A DNA stretch of 40,144 bases from an uncultured Thermoplasmata archaeon (GCA_964399335.1 CAYNQI010000009.1:1-40144); one strand, 5' to 3'. Counted from the first letter of the stretch, positions 17,754 through 29,600 are shown. The notes: generated by a model not told the origin, from the sequence alone. Program-made: numbers and translations.

Positions 17754-20675
17754 ATGTCTGATAAAGTAACTCTAAAAATAAACGGTAAAGAATACGAAAC
17801 CCACGCTTCAAACAAAGTACTAGATGCATGCAGAGAGAACGGTATATTCATCCCTACACTCTGCGAGATAGAGTTCATCAAAGAACCCTTCGGCGGATGT
17901 CGGGTTTGCTTAGCTGAAGTAAAGACAGATAGAGGAACTCTAGTGACGACGACCTGTGATACGCCGGTATCGGAGGGTATGGAGATAACTACGGATACTG
18001 AACAGGTTCAAAAGGGCAGAAAGATGGCTCTAGAACTGCTCTTATCGGAGCATACCGGAGACTGTATAGCTCCGTGTTCGATCGAATGCCCTGCCAGCTT
18101 GGACGTCCAGGGTTATCTAGCCCATATAGCTAATGGGAGACCACAGGAAGCTGTCAAACTGATCAAGGAAAAAAGTCCGCTTGCTTTATCTCTAGGTAGA
18201 GCTTGCTTTGCTCCATGTGAGGAAGAGTGCAGAAGGGAGATGGTAGAAGACCCCATAGCGATACGACAGGAAAAGATGTACGCTGCTGAGATCGATATCC
18301 AAGACCCGTGGACACCTGAGGTCCCAGAAAGCAGTGGTAAGAGCGTTGCAGTTGTAGGAGGCGGACCTGCGGGGTTAACTGCCGCCTATTTCCTTCGATT
18401 GAAAGGCCATGATGTTAAGATCTACGATATGATGCCGGAGCTCGGTGGTATGATGCGCTATGGCATACCGAATTACAGGCTCCCTAAGGATAAATTGGAC
18501 AAAGAGATCCAGTGGATCCTCGATCTGGGTATCGATTTTGAAACCGGGGTCAAGATGGGAGAGGACATACATTTAGATGAATTACGTGAAAACTATGATG
18601 CCGTATTCGTTTCCACCGGTGCATGGGAAAGCTGGATGGTTCCTATAGAAGGTGTGGAACTACCAGGTGTCATGGGTGGTATCGAATTCTTGATAGATCA
18701 CACCTTGGGTAAGGACATCCCACTCGGTGATAAAGTAGTAGTCATCGGCTGTGGTAACACGGCCATGGACGTTGCTAGAACACTCAAACGGATCGGGAAG
18801 GAAGTTGTGATAGCTTACAGAAGGAGTGAAGAACAGGCCCCTGCTAATCAGGAGGAGATCGAAGAAGCCAAAGAAGAAGGGATCGAATTCAAGTTCTTAG
18901 CCAGTCCAAAAAAGGTCTGTGGATGTGACGAAAGCGGTATCGAGAAGGTTACCTGTTCTGCAGTTGAATTGGGTGAACCAGATGAATCAGGTAGACCTAA
19001 ACCCATCGAAATACCAGACGAAGAGATCGATATCGAAACGGATTGTGTAATTCTAGCCATCGGCCAGCAGCCGGATCTCGAACTACTAGAAAAAGAAGGG
19101 CTTGAGAAGGACAGATACACTTTAGGTACGAACGAGAAATTCCAGACCAATCTTGAAGATGTGTTCGCAGCAGGTGATGCAGTCATCGGTGCTTCATCGA
19201 TAGTCGAATGTACTGGTCAGGGTAGAGAGGGTGCCTTTGCAGTTGACTCTTATCTTAATGGGGAGTTAGAAGATCACAGCATACCTGAAGATTACAAGAT
19301 ACCCTTTGGATACGTTCATAAAGACGAGGTGACAGAAGAAGACCTCGCAGATTGGAACAAAGAACCTAGAACTGTGATGCCAAAGAGAGAACCCGATGTT
19401 AGGATAAAGGATTTCGATGAGATCGAACTCGGATTTCAAAATCGAGAAGCCGGATCTGAAGCTGAGCGATGTTTAGAATGTGGATGTCTTGACAGGTTCG
19501 AATGCCTCCTTCGAGAATACGCTGATTTATACGATGCCGAACAGCACATATATGAAGGTATCAAGTTCGAATACGAAAAGGACGATTCACATGAGAATGT
19601 AGTAAGGGAGCCCAGTAAATGTGTTCAATGCGGATCATGTGTTAGGACCACTGAAGAGGTACACGGTGAAGGTGTTGTACAGTTCGCATATAGAGGATTC
19701 AAAACTATCGTTGAACCGGCTTTCGGTGACCCTCTAGGTGAAGTCGACAGTCTTTTGATCGGTGATATCGCTGATTCATGTCCAACAGGTGCCTTCGAAG
19801 AAGTTATGAACGATGTCAAACCGGGACCTCATGAAACCGGATCAGTCGGTGAAACTTATTGTTTAAGATGTGGACTGACCTGTCCTGTAGATGTTAGAAC
19901 CGTAAATGGGAGACCGGTCATGTTGAAGCCTGCAGAAGATGAGGTATACCAGGGACATCTGTGTGATTTAGGTAAATTCCAAAGGTTACCAGATGTTGAA
20001 ACTATAGACAAGAAAGGTGATCTAGAAGAAGCTGTTGAGCTACTGAAAGATGGAGCGGATATACTGATCTCACCACAAACCACCATCGAAGAGGCTGAAA
20101 CACTGAAAGAACTCGCTGAAAAAGTAGGTGGTTCTGTTTACATATCTGAAGGAGGTAAAGCATCCACGGCTAATTTGAAAGACCTGTTATCTGCTGAAAA
20201 GATATTTGTGGAAGATGAAGTCTATGAGACTGCTCCGATCTTGAAGATGTTCGTTAAAAGAGCTAAAGATGAGGGGGTAGAAGAAGTGGACAGTATAGAA
20301 CAGTTAGATAAGGGAGTTGCAGTGTTGAACTACGATAGTGAATTGGAAACAGAAAACATGATAGTTGCACAGCCTGGAGCTAACACAGCAGGACTTATAG
20401 AGAATAATTTCAAAGTTGGGATCCCCGATTCCAGGACTGTATTTGTTTATGGTAAAGTGGAACAGTATCCAGATGCTGAAAATATAGTACATCTCACAAG
20501 CGAAGATACAGAAAATATCTCCAAGGCTGACGTTGTGATCCCTATCCGGTCCTGGTTGGAGAAAAGCGGGACATTCATCAATACCTTCGATGAAGAGATA
20601 AAGTTGACTCCGCTTTTGGAAAGTGAACTTCCTGAAAACCTAAAAACGTTAGAAAAGTTGAAAGAGCTACTATGA
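17754..20675 (+). CDS. bfuA: Large subunit: [2Fe-2S], GltD-like FAD/NADPH domain, Fe-S domains and a truncated non-catalytic molybdopterin-oxidoreductase-like domain (NfnA/Nso-like)
   Basis: IPTLC...GGCRVC...TTC, CIAPC...CPA, GRAC.APCEEEC, VVGGGPAG, VIGCGNTAMD.A, AYRRS (NADPH-type), FAAGD, CVQCGSC, CLRCGLTC...HLC. No H-cluster motifs and no catalytic Cys/Sec of FDH seen. Confidence 0.85.
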   Translation: MSDKVTLKINGKEYETHASNKVLDACRENGIFIPTLCEIEFIKEPFGGCRVCLAEVKTDRGTLVTTTCDTPVSEGMEITTDTEQVQKGRKMALELLLSEHTGDCIAPCSIECPASLDVQGYLAHIANGRPQEAVKLIKEKSPLALSLGRACFAPCEEECRREMVEDPIAIRQEKMYAAEIDIQDPWTPEVPESSGKSVAVVGGGPAGLTAAYFLRLKGHDVKIYDMMPELGGMMRYGIPNYRLPKDKLDKEIQWILDLGIDFETGVKMGEDIHLDELRENYDAVFVSTGAWESWMVPIEGVELPGVMGGIEFLIDHTLGKDIPLGDKVVVIGCGNTAMDVARTLKRIGKEVVIAYRRSEEQAPANQEEIEEAKEEGIEFKFLASPKKVCGCDESGIEKVTCSAVELGEPDESGRPKPIEIPDEEIDIETDCVILAIGQQPDLELLEKEGLEKDRYTLGTNEKFQTNLEDVFAAGDAVIGASSIVECTGQGREGAFAVDSYLNGELEDHSIPEDYKIPFGYVHKDEVTEEDLADWNKEPRTVMPKREPDVRIKDFDEIELGFQNREAGSEAERCLECGCLDRFECLLREYADLYDAEQHIYEGIKFEYEKDDSHENVVREPSKCVQCGSCVRTTEEVHGEGVVQFAYRGFKTIVEPAFGDPLGEVDSLLIGDIADSCPTGAFEEVMNDVKPGPHETGSVGETYCLRCGLTCPVDVRTVNGRPVMLKPAEDEVYQGHLCDLGKFQRLPDVETIDKKGDLEEAVELLKDGADILISPQTTIEEAETLKELAEKVGGSVYISEGGKASTANLKDLLSAEKIFVEDEVYETAPILKMFVKRAKDEGVEEVDSIEQLDKGVAVLNYDSELETENMIVAQPGANTAGLIENNFKVGIPDSRTVFVYGKVEQYPDAENIVHLTSEDTENISKADVVIPIRSWLEKSGTFINTFDEEIKLTPLLESELPENLKTLEKLKELL

Positions 20676-20724
20676 CCAAAACCCTTTCCAAAAGTCTTTA
20701 TTTACCCGTTAGATTTGATATTAC

Positions 20725-21678
20725 ATGGACATCCTAGAAGAGGTCGAGAAGTGCAAATCTAGAACGTCACGTTCTGATCGCAGAGATCTGGTCAGCAGCT
20801 GGACTGAAAGGGAGCTTTATCAGGGTGATTTGAAAGACGTTTTTTCAGTTATATTTCGGACTACAGGGTGTTCATGGAATCGAGCTTCTGGATGTACAAT
20901 GTGCGGTTATTACACCGATACCAATCCGGATATAACTCAAAAAGATCTGACTGACCAATTTCAAGAATTATCCGATAAATACTCTGGGGAGGAGATCGTC
21001 AAGATCTATACTTCTGGAAGTTTTTTCGATGAAGATGAGATCCCACAGGAGTTCGCACTTAAAGTCTTAAATTTTCTCGATGCTGAAAAGGTAGTGGTCG
21101 AAACAAGACCGCAGTTCATCACTGAAGATAGATTACAGAGATGTTCTTCTGAAGTTAAAAAACTGGAATTGGCCATAGGACTGGAATCTAGTAACAACTT
21201 CGTCTTGAAGAATTGTATAAACAAAGGATTCAGACTAGAAAATTATCTAGAGAAAAGAGATTTGATTTTCGAGAACCAGTCCCTACTGAGAACCTACCTC
21301 CTACTTAAACCTCCTTTCTTGACTGAAAAGGAAGCCATGAAAGATTTGAAAGACTCTATATTACGTGTTTCTCATCCAGGTAACATCATCTCGATAAATC
21401 CGGTTAACATCCAGAGGGGGAGTCTGTTAGAGAAGTTATGGAACGAGAGAACCTACAGACCTGCATGGCTGTGGTCTCTTTTGAAAGTGATATCAGAAGT
21501 AGATGACATTGATTCTACAGTAATATCAAGCACAGTAGGTTTAGGGAGTGAAAGAGGAGCCCATAACTGTGGTGAATGTGATCCAGAAATAGTTGAACTT
21601 ATAAAAGAGTTCAATCTGACACAGGATGTAGAACCCATAAAAAGTAGATTGAAAGATCCAGACTGCTCCTGCTACTAG
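20725..21678 (+). CDS. raSEA: Archaeosine biosynthesis radical SAM protein RaSEA; frame continues past the TAG to TGA at 21766-21768
   Basis: VIFRTTGCSW....GCTMCGY (CX6CX2C), KIYTSGSFFD, VETRP, IGLES, YLLLKPPFLTE, INPVNIQRG, GAHNCGEC. arcS lies in the same window. Confidence 0.92.
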   Translation: MDILEEVEKCKSRTSRSDRRDLVSSWTERELYQGDLKDVFSVIFRTTGCSWNRASGCTMCGYYTDTNPDITQKDLTDQFQELSDKYSGEEIVKIYTSGSFFDEDEIPQEFALKVLNFLDAEKVVVETRPQFITEDRLQRCSSEVKKLELAIGLESSNNFVLKNCINKGFRLENYLEKRDLIFENQSLLRTYLLLKPPFLTEKEAMKDLKDSILRVSHPGNIISINPVNIQRGSLLEKLWNERTYRPAWLWSLLKVISEVDDIDSTVISSTVGLGSERGAHNCGECDPEIVELIKEFNLTQDVEPIKSRLKDPDCSCY

Positions 21679-21738
21679 CAGTGGAAAAAGGAATCAGAAC
21701 TAGAACCTTATTTGAACTTCAGAGGTAGAGTAGGTATC

Positions 21739-22164
21739 TTAAGCGACAGATACGCTGGATACGTCTGAATGCCTCATCATTATCTTTCTAGCAATAGATA
21801 AGTTTCTACCCTTCTTACCGATAGCTCGAGCCTTGTTCTCAGGAGCTACTTCGACCGTACCATGCTTGACACCGTTCTTCTCCTCAAGTTCAACATTTTT
21901 TACATTATAACTGTAAAAGATATTCTTCAGTAGTTTTTTAGGATCATCACTATACTCTATAATGTGGACATTCCGATCTATCTTATTACTGACTTTTGTT
22001 ACGTTCTTCCCACCCTTTCCTATAGCCTTCTCAATATTACCTGGGTTTACTAAAAATATCACTTTTTCAGGTATGTCTATACAGTCTTTAACTTTAGCTC
22101 CAGTGGTTTCCTCGAAAAGAGAAATATACCTAAGGGTTTTTTCATTGAAAGTTATATCTTCCAT
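21739..22164 (-). CDS. nusA: Archaeal NusA (two KH domains)
   Basis: FEETTGAKVKDCI, AIGKGGKNV, IEYSDDP, AIGKKGRN. Last gene of the rpo operon. Confidence 0.95.
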   Translation of the reverse strand: MEDITFNEKTLRYISLFEETTGAKVKDCIDIPEKVIFLVNPGNIEKAIGKGGKNVTKVSNKIDRNVHIIEYSDDPKKLLKNIFYSYNVKNVELEEKNGVKHGTVEVAPENKARAIGKKGRNLSIARKIMMRHSDVSSVSVA

Positions 22165-22193
22165 ATTAATTCCGCCTTTTATCTAAACACTCC

Positions 22194-22478
22194 TTATTCG
22201 ACCAACGTGAGGATATCCGATTCGCCGGGGTCCATGACAGCGATCGATGAAACTGTAAACGGTTTTCCCGCAGTAGAACCGAGCTCATGGTTGTTACCTT
22301 TGAAATTGTAAATAGGTACTCCTTCATACTCTTTTTCTTTGAAGCTTGGTTCGGGACAATTCTTTGCCACTATAAGCATTTTGACTTTCCCATCTTTTAC
22401 GTTCTTCTTGACCTCTTTGATTCCTAGACTCGCTTCGCCGGTGTTCACGGCCAATCTGATCTCTCTATTTATATCCAT
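22194..22478 (-). CDS. rpl30e: 50S ribosomal protein L30e
   Basis: AVNTG...LG, IVAKNCP, ELGSTAGKPFTVSSIAVMDPGESDIL. Confidence 0.95.
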   Translation of the reverse strand: MDINREIRLAVNTGEASLGIKEVKKNVKDGKVKMLIVAKNCPEPSFKEKEYEGVPIYNFKGNNHELGSTAGKPFTVSSIAVMDPGESDILTLVE

Positions 22479-22566
22479 AATATACCTCCTTCAATTTTTA
22501 ATTTTCGATTTTAATATAGCTAACTCAGATGTAATTTCCATTGATAATGTTTTATTTATTATTTTA

Positions 22567-24009
22567 TCAGTCCTCTTGGCTTCTATTCGGTGTATACTTG
22601 ACTTTTACGGCACCAGTACCTTGAGTGATGGGTTGCCCAACGATGACGTTCTCTGCTACACCATCTAGTTTATCCTCTTCACCGACTATAGCGGCTCTTA
22701 GTAGATGTGTACTGGTTATCTCGAATGCCGCCCGGGCGAGGACACTGGTCTTCTTTCCGGACACACCGTGCCTACCGATGGCTTTAATATCTCCTTCGTT
22801 GGTCATCATATCAGCAACAAGCATGATATGTCTTGTATCAACCTCTAAACCCTGTTCATTCAATGTGTCCTTGGCTTCTTTGATTATAGAGTTCCTAGCT
22901 GCTTCTACACCTAGTACGTTATATATCTCTACCATACTGTTAGAAAATGTATTGCTTATGTCTACGCCTTCTACTTCTAGAACCTTTTTTAGGTTCGTTC
23001 CTTCCGTATAAATCACGTATTCATGACCTAGATCCCTGATTATGGCTCTTTCTACTCCTTTCAGACCTTTGATCTTAGTCTTTTTAGCATTCTCAACGAT
23101 CTGATGAAGTTCACTGAATTTCCCTTCGGCGGAATAAATGTATATCATATCGCCTTTTCTCTCGACTGTACAATCGATACCCCTCATCTTACCTAGCCTT
23201 TTTACAGCTTCGTCTAGATCGATGTTTTCTTCTTCAACTTTTTCCATGTCTGGACTTATGCTAACTTTCATATCTGCCATATCGATCTCCAGATCAGCTA
23301 TATCGATCAACCTAGTAACTTCCAACTTTGAAGCTATGGTTTTAGCTTTACCTCGATCTTTCTTGTATTCGTCGATAAGGTGAACTTCCATGACAGGGGT
23401 GCTAGGGACCTTTCTAGCATCCACGACCTCGATCATCCTAGGGAGACCCTGTGTTACACCTAATTCTGCAACACCCGCATGATGGAAGGTCCGCATGGTC
23501 ATCTGCGTACCAGGTTCACCTATAGACTGGGCTCCGACGATACCTACAGAATCCAGTGCATCAACTTGTCTACTTTGATATTTTTCGTGAATGATCTCAA
23601 GGATAGTTTCATAATCTTCTTTATCCAAACCTTCTTTTTCAATCCTATCTCCAGCCTTAGCTATCATGGCCCTTGGTAGATCATAACCCTTCTCCTGCTG
23701 TATCTCATCGAGTTCTTTAGCTACACCTTTCAACGGTTCGATTTTATCAGGAGCTTCAAGGTCGATCTCTTCTTCCTTTTTCTTTTTCTTCTTCTTGGAC
23801 TTTTTCTTAGTTTTCTTCTGGGGTTTAGGCTTTTTACCGATCTTCTTCTTAACGTCCTTTGCCTGCTCTTCAGTCATCAACTCACTGAGTTCTTCAATGC
23901 TGGCAGATTTCACATCACCTAACAAGAATCCTTCGTCTGCCAGTTTCTCAGATATCTCTTCGTCTATACCCCTCCTAATCAAAGCATTGATTGTATCTTT
24001 TTTTGCCAT
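22567..24009 (-). CDS. rpoA2: RNA polymerase subunit A'' (Rpo1C) with N-terminal extension
   Basis: [57 protein letters not shown] upstream of ATG 24009. Confidence 0.96.
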   Translation of the reverse strand: MAKKDTINALIRRGIDEEISEKLADEGFLLGDVKSASIEELSELMTEEQAKDVKKKIGKKPKPQKKTKKKSKKKKKKKEEEIDLEAPDKIEPLKGVAKELDEIQQEKGYDLPRAMIAKAGDRIEKEGLDKEDYETILEIIHEKYQSRQVDALDSVGIVGAQSIGEPGTQMTMRTFHHAGVAELGVTQGLPRMIEVVDARKVPSTPVMEVHLIDEYKKDRGKAKTIASKLEVTRLIDIADLEIDMADMKVSISPDMEKVEEENIDLDEAVKRLGKMRGIDCTVERKGDMIYIYSAEGKFSELHQIVENAKKTKIKGLKGVERAIIRDLGHEYVIYTEGTNLKKVLEVEGVDISNTFSNSMVEIYNVLGVEAARNSIIKEAKDTLNEQGLEVDTRHIMLVADMMTNEGDIKAIGRHGVSGKKTSVLARAAFEITSTHLLRAAIVGEEDKLDGVAENVIVGQPITQGTGAVKVKYTPNRSQED

Positions 24010-24011
24010 GT

Positions 24012-26678
24012 TCACTCACCTCCTTTCATAGCCCTGAACTCTGTCATCACGTCGTCCATATCAACAGCTTCTCCACGTTTACTCCTCTGTGGATCGACCC
24101 CGTCTTCACCATATTCGAACTGGATGATAGTGTCTGCCGTATTCCTCACAGTACCATCTCTAGAAACCATCAGATCTTCAAGAGCATTGATCAAACGTCT
24201 CTGCATGTAACCTGACCGGCTCGTTCTGACCGCAGTATCAACCAACCCTTCTCTACCACCCATACTGTGGAAGAAATATTCTAAAGGATCTAAACCGTCT
24301 TTATATGAGGATTTTACAAAGCCGCGGGATTTCGCACCCAATTCACCCTTCTTGAAATGTACTAGAGTTCTCTCATCGTAACCTCTTTTAGGTCGCTCAC
24401 CTCTAACAGCTTGCTGACCTAGAGCTCCAGCCATCTGGGTTAAGTTCAACATACTCGCTCGTGCGCCAGTACGTGCCATAACTACTGCATTATTACCCAT
24501 ACCTAGATGTCTAGAGGCTATCTTACCGGCTTCGTCTCTAGCTTTACCTAGTTCCTTCATAATCCTGACCTCTAACGTCTCTTCTAAAGACCTTCCAGGC
24601 ATACCTTCTAAATCTCCATCTTTATAGGCTTCAACTAGCTTGCGGACTTTGATTTCAGCCTTATCCATAACAGCTTTGATCTGTTTTTGGGCCTTCCTCG
24701 GAACGTCCTCATCCTGTATACTAGTTGTGAATCCTCTTAATGTGATCGAACCCAATGCGATATTTGTGATCTTGTCTATAAATTCCCTAGCTACATCATT
24801 ACCAAAGTCCCTAGCAAGTTTATCAACGATATTACCTGCAAATGCCCCAACTGCATCTTCATCTATGGTTCCAGAAATAAGTTTGCCATCATTTATCTTA
24901 ACATAAGCATCGTGTTCACAATCTTCTAACTGACATTCATCACACTTCTCGCAGATCGACGCTCTGAACTCTATGTTAAGTCCGTCTGGTAAGAAGTGGG
25001 TGAAGATATCTTTTCCGTGCCAATATCTTTCACCATCGATCTCAACAGACTCGGGAAATTTATCTGTAACCAAATTTGAGAAGATTCCTACCACTTCTCT
25101 TCTGGAGAAGAGTGGATTCTTGTACGTCAAGAAGAATAAACCGCTTATATGGTCCTGGATAGCACCTATAATAGGACCACCGAACCTAGGTGACAAAATA
25201 TTCTCTTGAACACGCATGATGACCTTGGCTTCAGCTCTTGCTTCTTCACTCTGTAGAACGTGAAGATTCATCTCATCGCCATCAAAGTCAGCATTGTAAG
25301 GTGGACAAACTGCTAAGTTCAATCTGAAGGTTTTACCGGGTACTATCTTGACTTCATGGGCCATCATCGACATCTTATGTAGTGATGGTTGACGGTTGAA
25401 AAGGACCACATCGCCGTCTTTAAGCTCTCTTTCTACAACAAATCCAGGCTCTAACTTTTCAGCTACTGTTTCGGCATTGGTCTCTGTAACCCTGATCCTT
25501 CTACCATCCGGCCTTATGATGTAATTAGCACCAGGTAAGTAATTACCTCTCTCTCTAGGTTCCGGACCTCTTGCCACTAATTCCCTAACATATTCTATAT
25601 TAGATGCAGTAACATTTAATGGAACGGTCAATTCTCTAGCGGCCTTCTCGGGTACACCGACCTCATTGATAGAAAGCCATGGGTCCGGAGAGATAACGGT
25701 TCTAGAAGAGAAATTGACTCTTTTACCACTCAAATTTTGTCTGAACCTACCTTCCTTACCTTTCAACCGCTGGATCAATGTCTTCAAAGTCCTTCCACTC
25801 CTATGTCTAGCCGGTGGAATTCCAGAAGTCTGGTTATCAAAATAAGTAGTAACATGATACTGTAGGAGATCCCAAAGGTCTTCAACGATGAGCTGAGGTG
25901 AACCGATATCCCTGTTCTCCCTCAACCTCTGATTGATCCGTAATATGTCAACTAGTTTGTGTGTTAGATCGTCCTCGGATCTATCTCCAGATTCCAGTGT
26001 GATCGAAGGGCGCACCGTTACCGGCGGGACCAACAAAACAGAAAGAACCAACCATTCTGGTCTAACAACATCTGGATTCATACCTAATGGTCTAAGATCA
26101 TCATCTGGGATCTTTTCCAATCTTGAACGGACTTCTTTGGGAGTGAGCTTGGCATTATCCTCTCTAAATGTAGTGGGTTTGTCAAGCATTATCTTCTGTT
26201 GTTCTTCTTTACAGTGTGGACAAACTTTGTTCCTTCTAGCTTTCTTAGATACATCCTTAGCTAACTTTCTGATATCTAAAGAATCAGCTCCCATCTCCTC
26301 CATCTGGTCCATCTGGTCTTTATATTCAACTATCTCCTCTTCAGGAAGCAGCACTCTACCACAGGCACGGCAGGTAGATCTTAAAAATTTCTTGATCTCT
26401 TTAACATATCCTGCATGGATTACCGGCATGGCCAATTCTATACGTCCAAAATGGCCAGAACATTGATCAACCCGTCCACCACAGGTCTTACACCTCAAAC
26501 CTGGTTCTATAACACCTAGGTGGGTGTCCATCAAACCCATATCGATAGGGAAACCATCGTCATCATAGGTATCAGGTGTGATTATCTTGGTGGCAGATAA
26601 GTTTCTGATCTCCTCTGGGGACATGTATGCGAACTTTATACTATTTACCCTTTTCGAAATTCCACCGGATCCTCTCAT
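24012..26678 (-). CDS. rpoA1: RNA polymerase subunit A' (Rpo1N)
   Basis: [28 protein letters not shown], catalytic [27 protein letters not shown]. Confidence 0.98.
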   Translation of the reverse strand: MRGSGGISKRVNSIKFAYMSPEEIRNLSATKIITPDTYDDDGFPIDMGLMDTHLGVIEPGLRCKTCGGRVDQCSGHFGRIELAMPVIHAGYVKEIKKFLRSTCRACGRVLLPEEEIVEYKDQMDQMEEMGADSLDIRKLAKDVSKKARRNKVCPHCKEEQQKIMLDKPTTFREDNAKLTPKEVRSRLEKIPDDDLRPLGMNPDVVRPEWLVLSVLLVPPVTVRPSITLESGDRSEDDLTHKLVDILRINQRLRENRDIGSPQLIVEDLWDLLQYHVTTYFDNQTSGIPPARHRSGRTLKTLIQRLKGKEGRFRQNLSGKRVNFSSRTVISPDPWLSINEVGVPEKAARELTVPLNVTASNIEYVRELVARGPEPRERGNYLPGANYIIRPDGRRIRVTETNAETVAEKLEPGFVVERELKDGDVVLFNRQPSLHKMSMMAHEVKIVPGKTFRLNLAVCPPYNADFDGDEMNLHVLQSEEARAEAKVIMRVQENILSPRFGGPIIGAIQDHISGLFFLTYKNPLFSRREVVGIFSNLVTDKFPESVEIDGERYWHGKDIFTHFLPDGLNIEFRASICEKCDECQLEDCEHDAYVKINDGKLISGTIDEDAVGAFAGNIVDKLARDFGNDVAREFIDKITNIALGSITLRGFTTSIQDEDVPRKAQKQIKAVMDKAEIKVRKLVEAYKDGDLEGMPGRSLEETLEVRIMKELGKARDEAGKIASRHLGMGNNAVVMARTGARASMLNLTQMAGALGQQAVRGERPKRGYDERTLVHFKKGELGAKSRGFVKSSYKDGLDPLEYFFHSMGGREGLVDTAVRTSRSGYMQRRLINALEDLMVSRDGTVRNTADTIIQFEYGEDGVDPQRSKRGEAVDMDDVMTEFRAMKGGE

Positions 26679-29600
26679 TTCAAATCCTCCAATTGTAATC
26701 TCATAGCCACTCCAAGTGACCTCAACTCATCCATCAATAATTTGAAAGCATAACTTGTCTGTATCTGGTGGACATCTGATTTTTCACCACATACGGGACA
26801 TCTCAATTCGCCATTGCTATCCATGATAGCAACGTGACCACAGTCTGGATTACCACAGATGAATTCAGTAGTCCCATCGGATTGATCAAGTAATCTATCC
26901 TTGATGACCATTGCAGTACCATGTCCTATCAGACAATCTCTTTCCATCTCACCGAACCTTAGACCACCCTGTCTTGAACGACCCTCGGTAGGCTGTCTAG
27001 TCAAGATCTGAACAGGCCCTCTAGAACGCATATGCAGCTTACCTGAAACCATATGATGTAATTTCTGGTAATATATAACACCAACAAATATCTCAGACTG
27101 CAACATCTTTCCGGTACGTCCATCGTATAAAACTTCAGTACCATTATGTTTGAACCCGGCATTTTCTAATGATTTTCTAATCGCTTCTTCAGTTTCACCA
27201 CTGAACGGGGTACCATCTATGAATCTCCCTTCTAATGAACCTACTTTACCGCCCAACATCTCCAGTACGTGAGCTACTGTCATCCTCGATGGGATCGCGT
27301 GAGGGTTCAATATAAGATCAGGAACCGTCCCGTTCTCAGTAAATGGAAGGTCTTCCGGTTCTACCAACTTTCCGATAACTCCTTTCTGACCGTGTCTAGA
27401 AGCGAATTTATCACCGAGTTCTGGAACTCTCTGGTCTCGAACTTTAGCCTTCACTAATCTACTTCCATCTTCAGATTCTGTAAGCATCACGGTATCCACC
27501 CATCCCTTCTCTCTCGGTCTGACGATCTTAGAGGTCTCCCTTCTTTTCTGTGGTGCCATGAAATCCGTATCTTCTTCAAGGAATCTAGGTGGAGATGTCT
27601 TTCCAACTAATACATCACTTCCTTCGACTCTAGTTTCTGGATTTATGAGTCCACCATCATCAAGATGCTTATAGAATTGATCACTCCTGGCACCTCTAAC
27701 ATCTGGATCAGGTATTTCAAAATGATCTTCTTGGCCACCTGGATATCTTCTTTCTTCCGTAGTATATGTTCTAAAGAATGTTGAACGTGCTAATCCTCTA
27801 TCTATAGCTGCTCGGTTCATAACTAAAGCATCTTCCATGTTATAACCTTGATAGGACATAACGGCTACTACGAAATTCTGACCTGCTGGACGTTTATTAA
27901 AATTCACCAAGTCCATGGTCTTTGTTTGTAACAATGGTTTCTGAGGATAATGCATAAGATGTTCCCGGGTATCAGGTCTTTGTCTGTAATTAGATGATGG
28001 TAGTCCTAAGGATTGCTTCATCATGTTAGCCCCCATTGAACATCGAGGAGCGGCGTTGTGTTCAGCATAAGGAACTATGCCTGTAGAGGCACCTAATATA
28101 AGCAATGGATCGACTTCAAGATGAGTATGATCATCTTCTATCAAATTGTCTCTTTTCATCAGTCCTCCACACTTATGACACTCGACCTCAGCTATATCTT
28201 CACCCTGGCCCATATTGAGCCAAGATATATCAGCTTCCGAAAGGGGAGAATCACATTCATCACATAATGATGGGATCTCAAAAGGATAAAGAGCGACATA
28301 GATGTCCTCTTCTTCTTCAGCATCGATCCATTCGATTATGTTTTCTTCGAAAAGTTCGCTCATCCTTGTCTTTCCTTCCAATAGTTCATCCAATCCCTCT
28401 TTTGTAAGGTTGATATCTCCATCTTCAACGATCAATAAGGGTCTCCTTACTCTACCTTCGTCACAATTCAATATGACTTCACCCATTGTATGGTCGTATC
28501 TAACGTTAACTTGATCGGATATCATCCCATGCCTTCTTTCACGCCTTACATTGTCAACGAATTCATGGGGGTCTTCTACCAAACCTATAAGGTCACCATT
28601 GAGGTATACTTTTATCCCGGCCTCACTACCCTGACTCATCTGTTCCAAACCGATATCATACAATTTCCACCTTACTTCCATGGGTTCAGTACCTTTGGAT
28701 ACATCAACTATCAAAGCAGACGTTTTTACAAGGCCACAATTCTGACCTTCAGGTGTTTCGTTTGGACATAATCTACCCCAATGTGTCGCGTGAAGTTCTC
28801 TAGCTTCAAAATGAGGTTGACTTCTAGATAACGGTGATTTAACCCTTCTAAGATGACTTATAGTACTCATATTTGAAGTCCTATCTAATAATTGTGAAAT
28901 GCCAGTACGGCCACCTACCCAGTTACCTGTAGCCATGGCGTGCTGTAGCTTGTTCTTCATAAGGTCCGGTCTGATCGATGATTTTATACGGACCTCGCCT
29001 TTCTTACCGTAATTTCTTTCCAGTTGATACTTTAAGTCCTTTAATAGATTGACCACTGAAACTCTAAAAAGATCTGCCATCAAGTCACCAGAGAGTTTCA
29101 ATCTTTTGTTTGCGTAATGATCTTTATCATCTGATTCTCTATGACCTGCTTTAAGTTCTAATATAGCTCTAGCCATCCTTCCTAGGAATACCGCTTTCTT
29201 CATCCTATCTTCTTTGTGATTTCCTAGATGAGGCAGCAATGAGCGGTCCAATATAGAATCAATTTTACGCTGTCTGTATTCTTCAGCTTGACCGGTGGCA
29301 AATTTTTTCTCTAGATAGGCCATGGCGTCTTCTTGATTATAAACACCTTCAGGTGAATAATCTTCTTCCTCTTGACACATCTCGATATTTGCAAATATGA
29401 TACTGGACATATCTTCGTCAGTTGTCATGGAATTAAAGATCTCCTGATCGTTCTCCATACCCAGTGCTTTCATCAATATGACTACGGGTATATCTCCTCT
29501 AGCTGAAGGAACTGAAACGGTTATTAGACCATCCTTTTTCTTTTCCATTACTGTTAATGCTCTGTATCCATGACGCTGTGAAAATATCTTTGCAACCTCA

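Noticed and set aside
17754-20675. Formate dehydrogenase alpha or [FeFe]-hydrogenase
   Set aside because: The molybdopterin-like part is truncated with no catalytic Cys/Sec motif, and no H-cluster motifs are present.
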